Counted from the whole stretch's first letter, positions 24,278 through 37,771 are shown. The stretch is DNA of 63,059 nucleotides, filler included, from Olpidium bornovanus S191 (GCA_017911155.1; 29 parts of 29 records of this genome joined end to end with filler, not necessarily neighbours in it); one strand, 5' to 3'. A program made the numbers and translations. The notes: generated by a model from the sequence alone, not told the origin.

Positions 24278-24896
24278 GTGCGACCAGAAAAACAAAAAAA
24301 AAAGTGGTCCCCGCTGCTGCTTCCTCCTCCTTTCTTCGCTTTTGCGTACTGCGCGCGGCGTCCGTTAAATATGGGAGGGACGGCTGAAGACGCGTCCCAT
24401 TTCACGACTCAATGAAAATGGTTTTCTCCCTTCCCCTCCCTCCACCTCCCCTCTCACCTACGGGACCCCGGCGCAAAACCCGGTCGGGACATAATCCCCC
24501 CCCCACCTAATTTCTTTTTTTTTTTTTTTTTTTTTTTTTAGATTGCCTCTGGCTTAGGGCCTTCTAGTTTCCCACAGTGCCTCCTTTCAGTAACTCTCGT
24601 TCTGTCGATCAGGCAGCTTTCATCGCGCCCGGTTCTATCTCTGTGCCCTCCGCTCATGTTCAATGTACCTCATAATTAGGCTTTGCTCACCGGCCTCCCG
24701 GCGACTCGGCAGATTCGCAGATTGTGCCGCAAAACTTCCATTCCGCATGTGGTCATCTTAAATTCGACGAACAATCGATTTGCACGGGCTCCGTTCATTG
24801 CCGAAGCTCATTTTCATTTGTGCTAAAGTCGTGGAAGAAGATTTGGAAGGCACCCATTGAGGGACCAACCTGTCTTGTTTTAAAAAAGAGTAATTT

Positions 24897-27389
24897 TCAG
24901 TTGTCGATGATCGTCTTCGCGTCGATGCAGGCGTACTTGGAGAAAAACGTCTGATCCGGGATAGGGAAAATCGCAGGTTGCGGTCATCGGGGGGGAGCGG
25001 AAAAAGGAAAACACGGTTTGGTGTCGGACTGCGAACTCACATCGAACAGCTTGATAGCCAAAGGCACGTCGTCGGTCCCGGCGACCTCGCGGATAGAATG
25101 CTGGAAGTACGGAGGAGTAAAATCCGGTATCAGGCGTTGCGAGAACGCGGGATGCCCATCATTTAAGAAATGGCCGGACACGCACCATGCTCAGCTGCGG
25201 GTTACCGACGTCTTTAGACGGAGGTTCAGATGGAACGCGAAAAGGTTTTTTTTGGCATAGTGGGTGGAGAGAGGGAGGAGGGAAGGGGGGGGAGAGAGAG
25301 AAAAGGTACGGGGTAGTAGCGGCGTCAGAGAAACACTGCCCCCGGAACTGGAGCGCCCTGTTCAGTTCACTTACCAATTGTGCGCAGGCCGAGTTTGGCG
25401 CTCAGCATGGGCCCGATAGTCGAGCCGCAGGGGGAGTCATTTCGGACGACAAACTGGGAAAACGCGATCGACAGCGCGTACAGGGCACAGAAAGAACTCG
25501 TGTGAGCCGTATCTCCGGTGCCAATCCGGCCGCTGAGCCGGGGGGAATTTCTCTGCGGCCTCCCAGACAACCCACCGACCTCCTGCAGCGGAACTGAAGC
25601 CAGCTTAGCGACCTCCCGGAGGATGTGCGAGGTGGCGGCCGTCGTCGCGTACCGCTGCGTAAAGGAACGCGGGGAGTGTCAGGAAAAGGGGGACCAGCAA
25701 CCGCCCGTCTCCAAAGGGAGCAGCAACGTTCGAGGTTACGCCTCACCTGATTTGCGTTTTGCTTGACGACGACGCCCTTGTGCATGGCGGGACGGTGGTT
25801 GTCCTCGTGCTTGTCGCTGTGATGGCGATTCAGCGTTCCGACCGCGTAAGCTCGGATTTACGTGCAGCGGATTCGAGATAGTGGGGAGTTGCTTACGCGT
25901 AGTTGGGATGGACGGCATGCGCTGCAATTAAAGGGTCCGACAGAGACAAAGGCCGACATTCGTTACTGGGCGATCCCCATAGTCGGAAATTACACCAGGC
26001 GGCCGACGACTACGCACCCATGTCAGCGGAGATGAGGTAGCTCTTAGACATTGCCTCCAGGAACGCCGCATCGTGGCGCCGGTCATCAATGGCTGAGACG
26101 ATGCGCTTCAGACACGCCGGGAGTAGTTCACTGTCGGCGCCGTGGGCCGTGGTGGACCCGACCTCCTCATTATCGAACAGCGCGACCACGCGGCAGCACG
26201 GATCTTCGGCAAGAGTGTTCATCGAGCGACACAGTCCCATCAGGGAGCAATAGGACATGCACAGGTTGTCCAAACGGGGCGAATGGATGAACTCGTTGTA
26301 GAGGCCCCCGAGCGCCGAGGGCTGGGTGTCGTACAAGCACAGTTCCAAGTCGCGCAAGGCCGACGGCGCCACGTGCAGCTCCGACGCCAGCATGGCCAGG
26401 AGCTGGCTGTGGTGACGGCCCGTCTGGCTGTGGCTCTCCGTGTCGTTCTCAGCCTCGCCGGTTTTGGCAGTCCCACAAAGGCTAAATAAATGTAAAGTGA
26501 ACAGTCTGCGTTCATATCTTGCGGGCATGTCTTCGGCGGAGCAGAATAATTACTCACGCTTTCACCGCCGTAGCGAGGATCGGCAGAAGCTGGGTTTCGC
26601 TGTTGAACGCAAAATTTTTGTTCGCTTCGCGGTCGAGGTGGATAGCCAGAGTCGGGATGCGGAGGATCGGGCGGTTGATGCGCACGAGCGCACTGCAGGT
26701 TACGCCATTCGCCCGCTCGACAAGAACCCGGCCGGCCACGGAGAGATCGCGGTCGAACCAGGTATGCCTGAAATGGCCGCAATCTTGTTTTAGCGGTAAG
26801 CTACCTGCTGCCCATCTGCAATACCAACCACTTTCGAACTCACCAGATACCACCGCCGTACAGCTCGCAGCCAACCTGAAGGTATCCGTTCTTCTCTCTG
26901 GCGGAAACGGGCTTGATCTAGATAATAACGTATAAGTCTGGTTCCATCCAAATCACCGTGAACTCAATATCCGGGGTATCAACCGTCAATCACACCTTTA
27001 AACAAGGGCTGTCGGTGTGGGCTCCAATGATGGAAAAGCCATTGCTCGGGGTATACTTGCCTCCCAGTGCGAAGGCGACTGGCGAAAAGTGAAGCGTGCG
27101 GCTCAGGGCGGAGAAATCCGATAACAGCGACCAGTGCAGAGCGATGTGAACGCCCATGCACGTCGAGATACATACCAATAGAACTCTGGTTCCTCGTGAA
27201 GAAGTATTTGCCGCCGACTTTGAGCTTCCCGACCCAGCTGCTGCGCTCGCTGATTTGGGTGAAGCCGGCGTCGACCAGTCGCTTGCGGGCCTCCTCGACC
27301 GCGTGGAATGGCGAAGGCGATTTGTTGAGGAAATCAAGCAAATCGAGCGCTGTAGCGGTCAGATGGGGGGGTTGGGGGGAAAGGGTCAT
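24897..27389 (-). CDS. APE4: Aspartyl aminopeptidase (M18 family), complete, 12 exons
   Basis: [26 protein letters not shown]|[40 protein letters not shown]|[30 protein letters not shown]|HSIRE; all joins GT..AG; stop TGA at 24899-24897. Confidence 0.97.
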
Positions 27390-28427
27390 CTGAGTGCTTG
27401 AACGAGGGTGATTTCCGTCACGAGATTTTGAGGAACAGGAGAGATTGCAGAAGACACTCGCCTTCTGCCGGCGGGCTGGACTTGACTTCGTCCTGTGCTC
27501 CCGACGGGGGCAGCGGCGTCGACGTTCCCAAGGAGAACATTCGCGGAGAAGCAACGAAGCGGGTGGTAGGGTCCGGCGTTAGGTGACCCGATGCGGTTGG
27601 AAAAGCCACCAGTTGGCTCTGTGTGGAAGCTGTCTCGAAAGCGCTGACGGCGGTGGCCGGCACGACGGTGGGACACGCGTGGTAGGTATCCCTCGAACAA
27701 CGGTGATGTTGGGGAACTGCAAACGCGCGGGATTTTCGTATTGATCCGATCCTGCCCGCCGACCGCAAAAGCGTGGCGGCCGCCCGACGGGCGGGATACG
27801 GTCCTCGCCAAGTTATGCTTCCCGCGCACGGCAGCACGAGAAACCGTCGGCAGGGCCGCAGCGTGTCCTTCCCGCCTGGCATTCCCGGCGTTTGCGCGAA
27901 GAAGCGCGAGTGGAAGGCGCGGTAAGTTCGCGGGGGCCCGCGGGGCTCGAGTTCGTGGGCTGGCTGATGATACTTGACCTCCCGCCCGCGTCCCTGTCCC
28001 TCCTCTCTGCGCAGTCCACTGCGGCGCTGCGCGCCGTGCCGACGATCCTTGCCGCCGCGACCCTGCGCGGGAATTGGGCCTCCCTATCCCCCAGCCCAAG
28101 CGGCCGCCGGCAGCGCCACAAACCATCGTGAGCTCCGCCGTCGGCAACGCTTCCAAAGAACACGGGACGCCGCCGGCCTTCCTCGCAATGGATCAGAATC
28201 CGCAGGCCTGCGCGACGTCTCGCGGTCTGGGGGAGGGCGGAGCGGTGTGGACGGCCTGGAGGAGCGGGGTCCAGACACTTCCGGTTTTCGGGCACAGACA
28301 ACTCTTACGGAACGCGGTGCAGTTTGTGATTAACAGATATTATTAGGTTTAAATCTAATTGCTAAGTTACCGTTCCATTCCAATTACGGAATCACCATCC
28401 ACATTCGAAAAGGACCACAAAAAGGGA

Positions 28428-28721
28428 CGCTTCTCCATGGGCGGCCGTGGCAACTGTCCTCGCGGGACTACGCTGCGGTGCCGGCGGTGCAGCTGGCCAT
28501 CATGCCTCTGCCACTGAGACGGACATGGCAGTCCTGCAGGTCTCGTCTTACTTGGGTTGTCATTGGCGCCATTGGCCAACTGTCGCTTCTCTATGGCGGC
28601 CGTGACAACTGTCCTCGCAGGACTACGCTGCAGTGCCGGCGGTGCAGTTTGGCACCATGCCTCTGACGCTGTTTTATCCTTGGCTTGTCGTTGGCGCCAC
28701 TGTCCAGCAGGTGCCTGTCAG
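28428..28721 (+). repeat. 156-bp tandem repeat, about 1.9 copies (cut by contig end)
   Basis: cgcttctc(c/t)atgg...caactgtcctcgc(g/a)ggactacgctgc(g/a)gtgccggcggtgcag... begins at 28428 and 28584. Confidence 0.85.
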
Positions 28722-29329
28722 NNNNNNNNNNNNNNNNNNNNNNNNNNNNNNNNNNNNNNNNNNNNTTAATTAATTAANNNNNNNNNNNNNNNNNNNNNNN
28801 NNNNNNNNNNNNNNNNNNNNNAAGGAAGAGCCAGAACAGGACTCCCAGGTCGGCCAACAACGAAACGCAGGTTCGGCATCGGCTGGCGGTTACCCCTCCC
28901 GCAGCAAGGCCGTGCTGCAGCCCGGAAAGGGGCAGGGAGGCGTCCGAAAGGACAAAGGGACTGTTGGCCATGCCAACCGGCAAGACCCGGTGGGTTCTTC
29001 ATATCACAGTGAATACTCTGTTAACAAGGAAGCGAGAACTTCCGTTAATGCTCTCTCTTCCGTCGCACCCGACGACACTGATCTAGAACAAGACAAGAAT
29101 AGGAGGGAACGCCGTCACAACTCACGGCCGATGCGTTGCAAAAATAAAAACGCGCACGAGTCGACTACCTCTGACGGATCCCATTCCAACTCAGAGGATG
29201 AAGCGGAACGCCGCCACTGCTGACGCCACCTCCGACGCCGCTGCCACCATGAACGAAGGCGTCGCACAACCAGCTTATCCTCAAGTTTGCCGTCATCTGA
29301 TGAAGACAGCGAGCCGTCACACCGGAGTT

Positions 29330-31310
29330 CTCAGGATGAAGTACACCTACACAATCACTGATTGTCCGTCCCGCTACGCTACCACCTATTTTCTCCGCAG
29401 CAAGGATGACGATCTCGCGCTAAGTTCGACGATTTCTGACGACTCATGGAGAATCGGTACCAACGGCGCATCAAGCACCATCATTCTGACCCCGGCGGTG
29501 AATTTGTCGACAGGGCATATACCGACCTGTTTGCCCACCACAGGATCCATGTCACAACAACGATCCGCCTTTCACCAAACCAGCACGGCGTCGCAGAATG
29601 CATCCACGGCACACTTGAGGAGCGCGTCCGGACAATCCTCTGCGGCACCCAGCTCCCGTCATACCTTTGGGATGAGCTTTGGCGTACTGTCATTTGGATC
29701 TACAATCAGACGCCCCACACCTTAATCGCAGTACCGCACCCCTCTCTGCTTTGAACAACGCATGCAACATTCCAGACGAAGTCGCCTCGGATTTATGTGA
29801 TCTCCACACTCCAAGATGTACTGCCGTCATCCATCTGTGAAAGGACGAACGTGAGCATAAACTCGCCTCTGCAGGTCGCATGGTCGTCTACTTGGGCCCT
29901 GCTGGCGCCTCCAAAGGATTTTGTTTTTTTGGGCCCGCTTGACAACATTGTCCTTGAATGTCGAGATGCCATTTTCCATGAAGACGCGTCATGCTCTCCA
30001 GGGAAATTCGGTTTGGAGGAAAGCCCCACAAACGACTTCGGTGCGATAGATGACAGCGGACACTTCAAGCTTGCCAAAATCCTCCACATCGGCGGTCACC
30101 CAATGGCTAGCTCGAATTTCATATTTGCTGGAAAGGATATTCCCCGGCTGACAACACATGGGAGCCGCTAGCGAACCTCGACGGATGCGCCGATGCCGTC
30201 AGGCAATATTTTGCTCGTAAGCGGTTAGCCATCCCTGACAAGGTTGATGAAGGGCTTCTCTGTTATGCAGCCGAGTTCCAACCGGACGTGTACTTACCGG
30301 AACCACGTACTTATGCCGAGGCCATTGCCACACCCGATGCTGCCCATTGGCGTGCTGCATGCGAAATCGAGTACGCCGATCTCCAAAAGTACCAAGTCTA
30401 TGTCCTGGTCCCGCGTCCAGAGGGCGTCAATGTTGTCTCTACCAAATGGGTGTTCAAATGGAAACTGCGTGCGGACCATTCTGTTGAAACGTTTCGCGCC
30501 CGCTGGATAGAGCGCGGTTTCTCCCAACAGTACGGACTCAACTACAATGAAACATACGCCCCTGTCGCATCGTATACGGCCATGCGCATGATCATCGCCT
30601 TGGCCGCGCGACATGGATGGGACCTCTTCCAAACGGACATACCGGTGGCATACCTTAACGCGACCATCGACAAACCCGTCTATGGTACACAACCGGAAGG
30701 ACTCGAGAATGCTGCGCACCCTGACTACGTCTGCTTATTTCTAATGTGTTTATATGGCTTCAAGCAGTCCGCACACTGGTGGATCACGCTCATCGACAAG
30801 TACTACAAATCGCGTGGCTTTACCTGCTTATCCGCCGACGGCTGTGTCTACGTTCTGTAGCAGCCGCGGTGGGAGGGTGACACTCTGATCGCCACGAACC
30901 CACCATCAGATGCCGGCAGCACCACAGGACTCCTCGCCTGCATCTCTACGTTGACGACATTACGGTCACTGGTGTCGATCCCCACGTCATCAAACTCGAA
31001 AAGGCGGCGCTTAGTCAAGAGTTCGAAGGCGCCGCATGGTCCCCCGCATCTTTCTTCTTCAGGAATCGCATACTACGATGGCCTGACGGCGGCATCAGCA
31101 TCGACCAACAACACTACATTGAAGCTGCACTATGACGGTTCGGGCTCGCCGATGCAAACCACGTCGCCACACCGCTCGACGCCAACTGCTTCATGGGAAA
31201 AAGGACGACTGACGAAGGTCGTGCGGATACTTCCACATACCAGGAACTCATCGGGACCTTGTTGTACATCGCAGGGTGCACCCGTCCTGACTGTCGTAGA
31301 ATACGGTAGT
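29330..31310 (+). mobile_element. Degraded Ty1/copia pol (integrase followed by RT)
   Basis: Integrase HSDPGGEF...PNQHGVAECIHGTL; RT EPRTYAEA...KWVFKWK...RARWIERGFSQQYGLNYNETYAPV, LYGFKQS, LYVDDI; several stops and frameshifts; INT-before-RT order. Confidence 0.95.
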
Positions 31311-32400
31311 TACGAGCGCATTTAAAAGGAAGAAAACCCCCGAACGAAAACAAAGCTTTTTTCCCCCCGAATAAAAGAAAACTAGGCGCATAAAACTGCA
31401 CAGGTTATGAGCCCAACGGGACGCCCCGCTCTCTCCCGTTAACTGCGCGCATCTCCGCTGCGCCCTCCGCTGCGCGCCCTCCGCTGCGCGCTTTTTCGCT
31501 GCGCGCATCCGCTGCGCGCCCTCCTCTGCGCGCTTTCCCGCAGCGCCGCCCTCCGCCGCAGCGCCGCCATCGCCGAAGCTGCGCTCTGCCGCAGCCGCCG
31601 CTTCGCGCAGCCNNNNNNNNNNNNNNNNNNNNNNNNNNNNNNNNNNNNNNNNNNNNTTAATTAATTAANNNNNNNNNNNNNNNNNNNNNNNNNNNNNNNN
31701 NNNNNNNNNNNNACCCTGCGAAGCCATTCCAAAAGGGGTGGGGCCGGAAACCCTAATCGGCCGTCAGCAAAGCAGGCAGGGTGCAAACTTAACCACTCCA
31801 CCCCCCACCGGTTAGGGCGGCGCGCTCGGGGGGGTTCCCTCACCAAATTCGTCAAAAAAAAAACGCTCCCGGGAGTTTTCGCAACCCTCTCGGAAATGCT
31901 GACATTATTTGATATCATGCTCACTCCTTGCGAATTCGCACGTGCACACTCATTTTTGGTACCAAAGTAGGCGGTGAGACGCGGAGAAGGGGGTAGGGAA
32001 AGAGGAGGGGGGGGGGGGGGAAGGAGGGAAGACGGGCTTCCGCGGCGGGACACGCCGGGGGAGGGGGTCCCTCAGGGTATATTAGTTCGCCCAGTGTAAC
32101 ACAACTCTAGTAGACGTTTCAGTCGAAAAGAACACGGGGAAAATGGGGGCGCTCCGGGTCACGGCCGACACGCGACCTTTGTTTCAGGGAAATAAACGTA
32201 GGCCAGAATATGGGGCTCCCCCGCGTGCAGAAATGGGGGGGGGGCAAAAAGGGGAGAGGGAAGAATAGGGGGTATAGGCAGTTAAGACGGTCAGAGGTCA
32301 AGGGCGGCGGTTAAGGGGGGGAAAAGGGAAAAACGAGGCAGAAGGGATCAGGGAACGCGAACCAAAACAGGAAGGTTCGCTTCCTTGCTTCGAACACGTT

Positions 32401-32867
32401 TTACGACGGCGGCGGCGGGTCGTCCTCCGGGCAAGCGCCTTCGGCGAGCGCGAACACGTAGGTCCTCGGCGGCGGCGCGCGCTCCTTCCCGCCGCGGGGG
32501 GGGACGATCTCCTCGTTGGCCGCCGCCGAGAGCCCCTCGGCGAACCCGGCGGTGCGCCTGTGCGCGTACCCCGGGTAAAGCGCCGGGTCAAAGGCGAAGC
32601 TGGTCTTGCACACCAGCCTCGGCGCCCCCGCTGCCGCCGGGAGGGCCCGCTTGCCCAGGTCCTTTACCCGCCACAGGTCGTACGGTTTCCCGGATTTGAC
32701 GGTGACGAGGATCTCGCCGCCCGCATCGCCGGGCGGGCCTCCCGGCGCGCGCGCGGCGAGCAGCCCGGCGGCGGAAGCGAAGAACGAGAGGAGGAGCTCC
32801 TGGTTCGCGCGGACGTTGCGGTCCTGGTCTTTGATTCCTGAGCCCGTGTGAGGGAAGTTGAACACGA
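32401..32867 (-). CDS. BMT5: 25S rRNA uridine-N3 methyltransferase BMT5-like (DUF2431), last exon
   Basis: VFNFPHTGSGIKDQDRNVRANQELLLSFF...EILVTVKSGKPYDLWRVK...FDPALYPGYAHRRTAG. Confidence 0.88.
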
Positions 32868-33028
32868 CTGAAACAGGCGGGGGTTGGATTCCACACACGC
32901 ATACACACCACACCAGGCGGCGGAGGGGNNNNNNNNNNNNNNNNNNNNNNNNNNNNNNNNNNNNNNNNNNNNTTAATTAATTAANNNNNNNNNNNNNNNN
33001 NNNNNNNNNNNNNNNNNNNNNNNNNNNN

Positions 33029-34073
33029 CATGACCACGAATTCTCGGTAAGACCTGCAAACACAATACGTGAAATGATCATCTTCCGATTTTATGGTCGT
33101 GGTGATCACGAAATCCTGCAAATGTGTAAAACCGCGCTGTCAGGTACGTCCGCTTAATCCGTCACAAACAAAGCGCGATAATGATGCATACTGCACGGTA
33201 ATGAAGTCGCATGTGCTTCTTGTAACTGACGATTCTGACGGTAGGAATATTCGTACGCATTTTCCCATCCACTTCGAACTCGCATTGGCGTAGTAGCGTC
33301 GCGCCATCGTCGGAGTCGACCAATGCGTCGTCGCGGTTGCCCTTTACGACGCCCTCAACGGGAGCACCAAACGGCGAATTAAGCGTTCCATAGGCGGAAA
33401 TTGATCGATCGGCCGGTCCGTCTCGCAGCAGAGCAAGCTGCTTGGGCGTCTTTATCCCGATGCTGACTGCGAACACCAGAAACTTTTTCAAAAGTTTTTT
33501 GAAGGCTTTGCGGTGCGACGATGGTAGAGCGTTCCCTCGCTCGACCGTCGAGCTGTATCCGCCTCGGGAGTTCAGCATCTCCTTTAGGAAATCGTCCAGC
33601 GCGTTGATAAGCTTGGGCCCGGCGCGGTGGACGAACGGAAAAGTAAGGATGATCCCGGAAAACAGAAACGAGAAAACCGGGAGCACGACAGTCGGGTCGT
33701 CATCTCTTTCATATGACCCGCCTGCAGCCTTGGCTTCCGCGATCAGACTGCCCAGCCGCAGCGCATCCAGCGTCGGACCGTCCCGGGCAGGCGATTCCAG
33801 AAACGGCGACCTCCGTATCGGCGGAAGACGACACAACGATCTCAGCAGGAAAGGCTTCTCCGCTAAAATCTCAAACTCTCTCGCCGTTTGGCGCGATATC
33901 AGTTCCTTCTTGAGCAGGCGCTCCTGCAACTCGGTGAACCCCGGCCCTTCAGTGTCCACGGTGCTAGTCGCCCATGTCGGATTTACCACACTAGCGCCAT
34001 GCCGGAGCAACGGCAAAGGTGGCGGGCGGGCAGAGTCTTGCATTTCAGAGTCAGACAGTGCCGACACCGGCAT
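33029..34073 (-). CDS. PX-associated (PXB) domain protein, YPR097W/Lec1-like, 3'-partial
   Basis: TELQERLLKKELISRQTAREF resembles LT..Q.hyLKreLi..Q; also FSFLFSGIILTFPFV and SSTVER...RKAFKKLLKK...SIGIKT. Confidence 0.6.
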
Positions 34074-34479
34074 GTCTCGGGACAGTTTCGTCCGCTGCTG
34101 CGGCAGGGATGAGGGTGGGGGCGTGGGGAAGCGGATGGGGCGTCAGTCCGCAAGGGCACCCCGAGGGAGCCCGGGGCGTTGAGTTGTCCGGGTGGGCGTC
34201 GCGGCGCAGAGCAGTTCTGCAAACGCCGTTGCGCCCGGGACGCGCTCTACGCCTGGAAGAGCGCTCGCTCCACGCAAACGCCGCGGCGCTCCTCCTTGTC
34301 TTGTGTGGGGGCGGGGGGTTGAGAACGGAGGAGGGCGACGTCGCGTTCGTGCGCTTGCCCCCTGCGGGTGGCAAAGAAGAGCAGCCCGCTCGGTTTCTCA
34401 GAAGACACACCCGCGCCAGGGAGCCGGAGCCGGCCAATGGGAGCGCAAGGAGGATGACGCAGACGCCAGAGGATAATGA

Positions 34480-34720
34480 CGGCAGGGAAAGAAACGGCGA
34501 GCGCGCAAATTGGCGGCCAACCCTTGGCAAGCGGATCAGCGTCTGCCACGATCGCGTGAAACCGATTGTCAAGTAGGCGCACTACGCCTTCGACAACTAT
34601 CTCACCAGGGAGTACGACACGATCGTGCTGCCTGAGTTATGACGGCCAATTCGAGTAATTCTGCGACATGATCGGCCATCGCCGAGACGGTTGCAAGAGC
34701 TTACGGCATGCGTTTGCACA
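34480..34720 (+). pseudogene. Possible Fanzor/IS607-TnpB-like nuclease remnant
   Basis: GKRISVCHDRVKPIVK*AHYAFDNYLTREYDTIVLPEL, then in another frame IAETVARA; resembles R.a.l..rikn.v.e.H.k.a.fL...yD.IllP.f...k.aR.m. Confidence 0.42.
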
Positions 34721-34959
34721 CGGGGTTGCTCAGCTGGTCAACGGGTGGGTCTGCCGCCAGAACGGAATGGAAGTCCCGGCCCAGTTCGGATGAGGGGGGA
34801 TGCGTGGGGCGTGCGGAGCGTTGTGAGTGGCATGTTGGCCATTGGAATGAAGAATGCACAGGAAGTCGGAGCTAGTCGCAGCTTGTATGGCGGCACGGTG
34901 GGCGGCACCAGCAAGCGAGACGCAGCTGCTAACGGGAGCAGAGCCGACCATGACCGCCG

Positions 34960-35340
34960 AGGTGCCACCGAGGGCAGTACCTTGACCAAATCTCCATTGC
35001 TTGGTAGGGGCTGAATAAGACGCTGACCATGTTTCCTTGCTGATGACATCATGGACGACGTTGGCAAGGAAGTTGTGTTGAAGCAACGGCTGACCGAGGG
35101 GTGCCCGGGCCTGACGGTAGTCGTATATACGAGTTTGCAGAGCGGGGGGTAGCATGAACCGAAACGTATCGCATTCGGCAGTGCTATCTGCACAGCCAGC
35201 CTCGCAGAACAGTCGCTGGTACTGGCTGTTGGAATTTTCCCACGTGACCTGACGCCACTCAGGAAACGACTGACGCAGGATGGAGCAACAGCACTGCAGG
35301 AGACAGAACCGCATCATGCGAATGTCGGATGGAAGCATGC
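34960..35340 (-). mobile_element. Possible retrotransposon Gag remnant
   Basis: WRQVTWENSNSQYQRLF...FRFMLPPALQTRIYDY resembles a capsid-like retrotrans_gag pattern; weak match. Confidence 0.35.
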
Positions 35341-35875
35341 GGATCAAGGGAGTCACATTCAGGCTGGGGAATCCTGGTTTCCGCAGGGGGGGGGGGGGGA
35401 GGTGGCGCAGCACACCCCTGAACCCCCGGGGCCCGTGTGCAAGGGGCACGGGGCACAGGGGGAAAATCCCCCTTTTCCCCAAAGGGGGGAAAGGGGGGCA
35501 GGGGAGTAAAGGGGCAAGGCCCAAGCGCACCCGGAAAAGGGAGGAATAATTTCTAGAAGAATCCAGGCGAGTTCTCATATAGACAGAGAAAAGTAAAGGG
35601 GGAGCTCACGGGTATAAATAGAGCGACGAATCCAGGATTCTTCGCACCTCATCTGTGCTGTGGACGTTGGTCGCGGTTTTCGGGTTAAAGCTTATTATTG
35701 CTGTCAACTCTTTTTTGCTTTAACTCTTGTTACTGGTTCTGGTTTTCGTTTTTTTGGTCTTCTACAACGTCATGGNNNNNNNNNNNNNNNNNNNNNNNNN
35801 NNNNNNNNNNNNNNNNNNNTTAATTAATTAANNNNNNNNNNNNNNNNNNNNNNNNNNNNNNNNNNNNNNNNNNNN

Positions 35876-36854
35876 ACATGTTTCCCGAGTTGCGACCGAA
35901 GGACGCCCCCCCCTCTTCGGCAGAAGCCGACTTTGTGAAGCCCGAGGAGAATCCCCAGGAGCCCGAGGACGAGGCCAAATCGGCCGAAAAACGCAAGGCC
36001 GCCGAGACGCAATCCTGGCAAACGAGGAGAAAGGAGCGTTTTCTCGAGTTCGGCGCCCAGGGCAAGTCGTACGAGTCCGGGGGGGACGTCTCGCAGGACA
36101 CCATCCAGAGTATCTACAAGTTGAGAGAAAACGTGAGAAGACGGGGAGACCACGTCCGACCCCTCGTGTTTTCGCTTGTCGCTTCGGCTTGGCGTTCGGT
36201 TGGTTTCTCTCGTGGGAGGAGCTCAAAACGGTTTGGGCGGAAGAAACCAGCTGTTTGGCGTCCGCGTTACGTTTTGCGCAATTCTCCGAGGTTGTTGTCG
36301 CGTTTCAACGGAAGCGAAGGCTATTCGGTTGACCTGCTCATTTACTCTCCCTTCGTTTTCCGCTGTCCTTTCTGCAGAACCCTCAACAGTGGACCTCGGC
36401 CAAGCTCGCTTTGTTGTACCGGCTGAAGCGGCCGGTTGTGGAACGCATTTTGCGGAGCAAACCAAATCCGTCTCGAGCTCGGTTTATAACGGAGGAAAAC
36501 ATCCGGCGAGCGAACGAGGGGAAGCCGAGCGTGGAGGAGGAGATGGCCAAAAAGGAGAGGGAGAGGCGGGCACAGCGCAACCAGATGTTCGAAAAGCTGC
36601 GCCATTTGGGGCGAAGAGGAACGGAAGGCGGAAAAGCGGAGGTTCGAGGAGCAGGCCGGGACCGGATTGAGGCGAACCCGAGGTGGGCCGGCCGGAATAA
36701 CGCCGCGCGAGTCGAAGTCTCGCGCTCGTCTCCAGCCGGACGCTCGCGCAAAGTGAAAAAAGAAAACGGCGTTTCCCTTTCTGTCCGAAGCGGGAAAACT
36801 GCGGGCGCCACAAAGACTGCTTTCCCTGGTCGATCCCGCGACCACGGAAGTTGA
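35876..36854 (+). CDS. RRG9: Neugrin/RRG9-like mitochondrial protein, 5'-partial; intron 36133-36377
   Basis: Spliced VSQDTIQSIYKLREN|NPQQWTSAKLALLYRLKRPVVERILRSKPNP matches lS.dam..Ir.Lh...P...t...LA..f.vs.eairRILkSkw.P. Confidence 0.62.
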
Positions 36855-37771
36855 GGTACCAATTTCCTGCTGGATCGACGTACTGTCTTTTTTTAACAAG
36901 AAATATAAAAAACAAAGCGTGCTCGGCCTTTCCGCCGAAATTTACCCCGTTCCCGCCGACGCGAAAAATTACAAACGCAACCTGGCACGGCCGACTTGCT
37001 GAATGCGAGCGCAAGACGTCCGGTGCAAATTTGTGGACCCCGCCCTCCGGGAGGGGGGTCGGGGGAAGAATTCTCGGGAGACGGTGGTTTATCCAAAGGA
37101 ACTTGGTCTCTGAGATGTTCGAAGTAATGGAGGGGTTGGGCTTGGAAGACTGGTTCCCGTAAGGAAACCCTCTGTGTATGCTATTGCAACCCGCCAGACA
37201 GATTCCCTGAAGTGGTTGATAAGAGGGTATTCAGGAAACTGCGGAGTCCCCTTACTTCCTACTCCTACAAAGGAATTTATTTTTCTCTCTCTCCCTCTCT
37301 TTCTCTCTCTGTCGTGCTTTCCACCCACACGCTCCCCCGCTTAGAGACAAGCACGAAAGGCCGCTGGCGCCGGCGCAAACGTCGGCAGACCGGGGATCCG
37401 CGGACGCCGTTTGCCGACACACCGCGTCGGCAGATTTCGGAGGGGACGAAGTGGTGTCGCCCTGCGGCCCGAGTCCAACACCGCCCTCCCACGCGACGAA
37501 CGCCACGCAAATTTGGAAATTCGGGCGCGGAAAATGGGGGAAGAGGATGGGGAGGGGAAACGTCTCGCTTCGAAAAAAAAAAGAACCGACGACGAAAACG
37601 ACCAGCGACCAAAAAAAAAAAAAAAAAAAAAAAAAAAACAACCCACCCCCCCCCCCCCCCCCCCTCCTGCANNNNNNNNNNNNNNNNNNNNNNNNNNNNN
37701 NNNNNNNNNNNNNNNTTAATTAATTAANNNNNNNNNNNNNNNNNNNNNNNNNNNNNNNNNNNNNNNNNNNN

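Noticed and set aside
24124-24405. Minus-strand ORF (QEVLHLVRYFKLE) as a gene
   Set aside because: Antisense shadow of the DNAL4-like exon on the plus strand.
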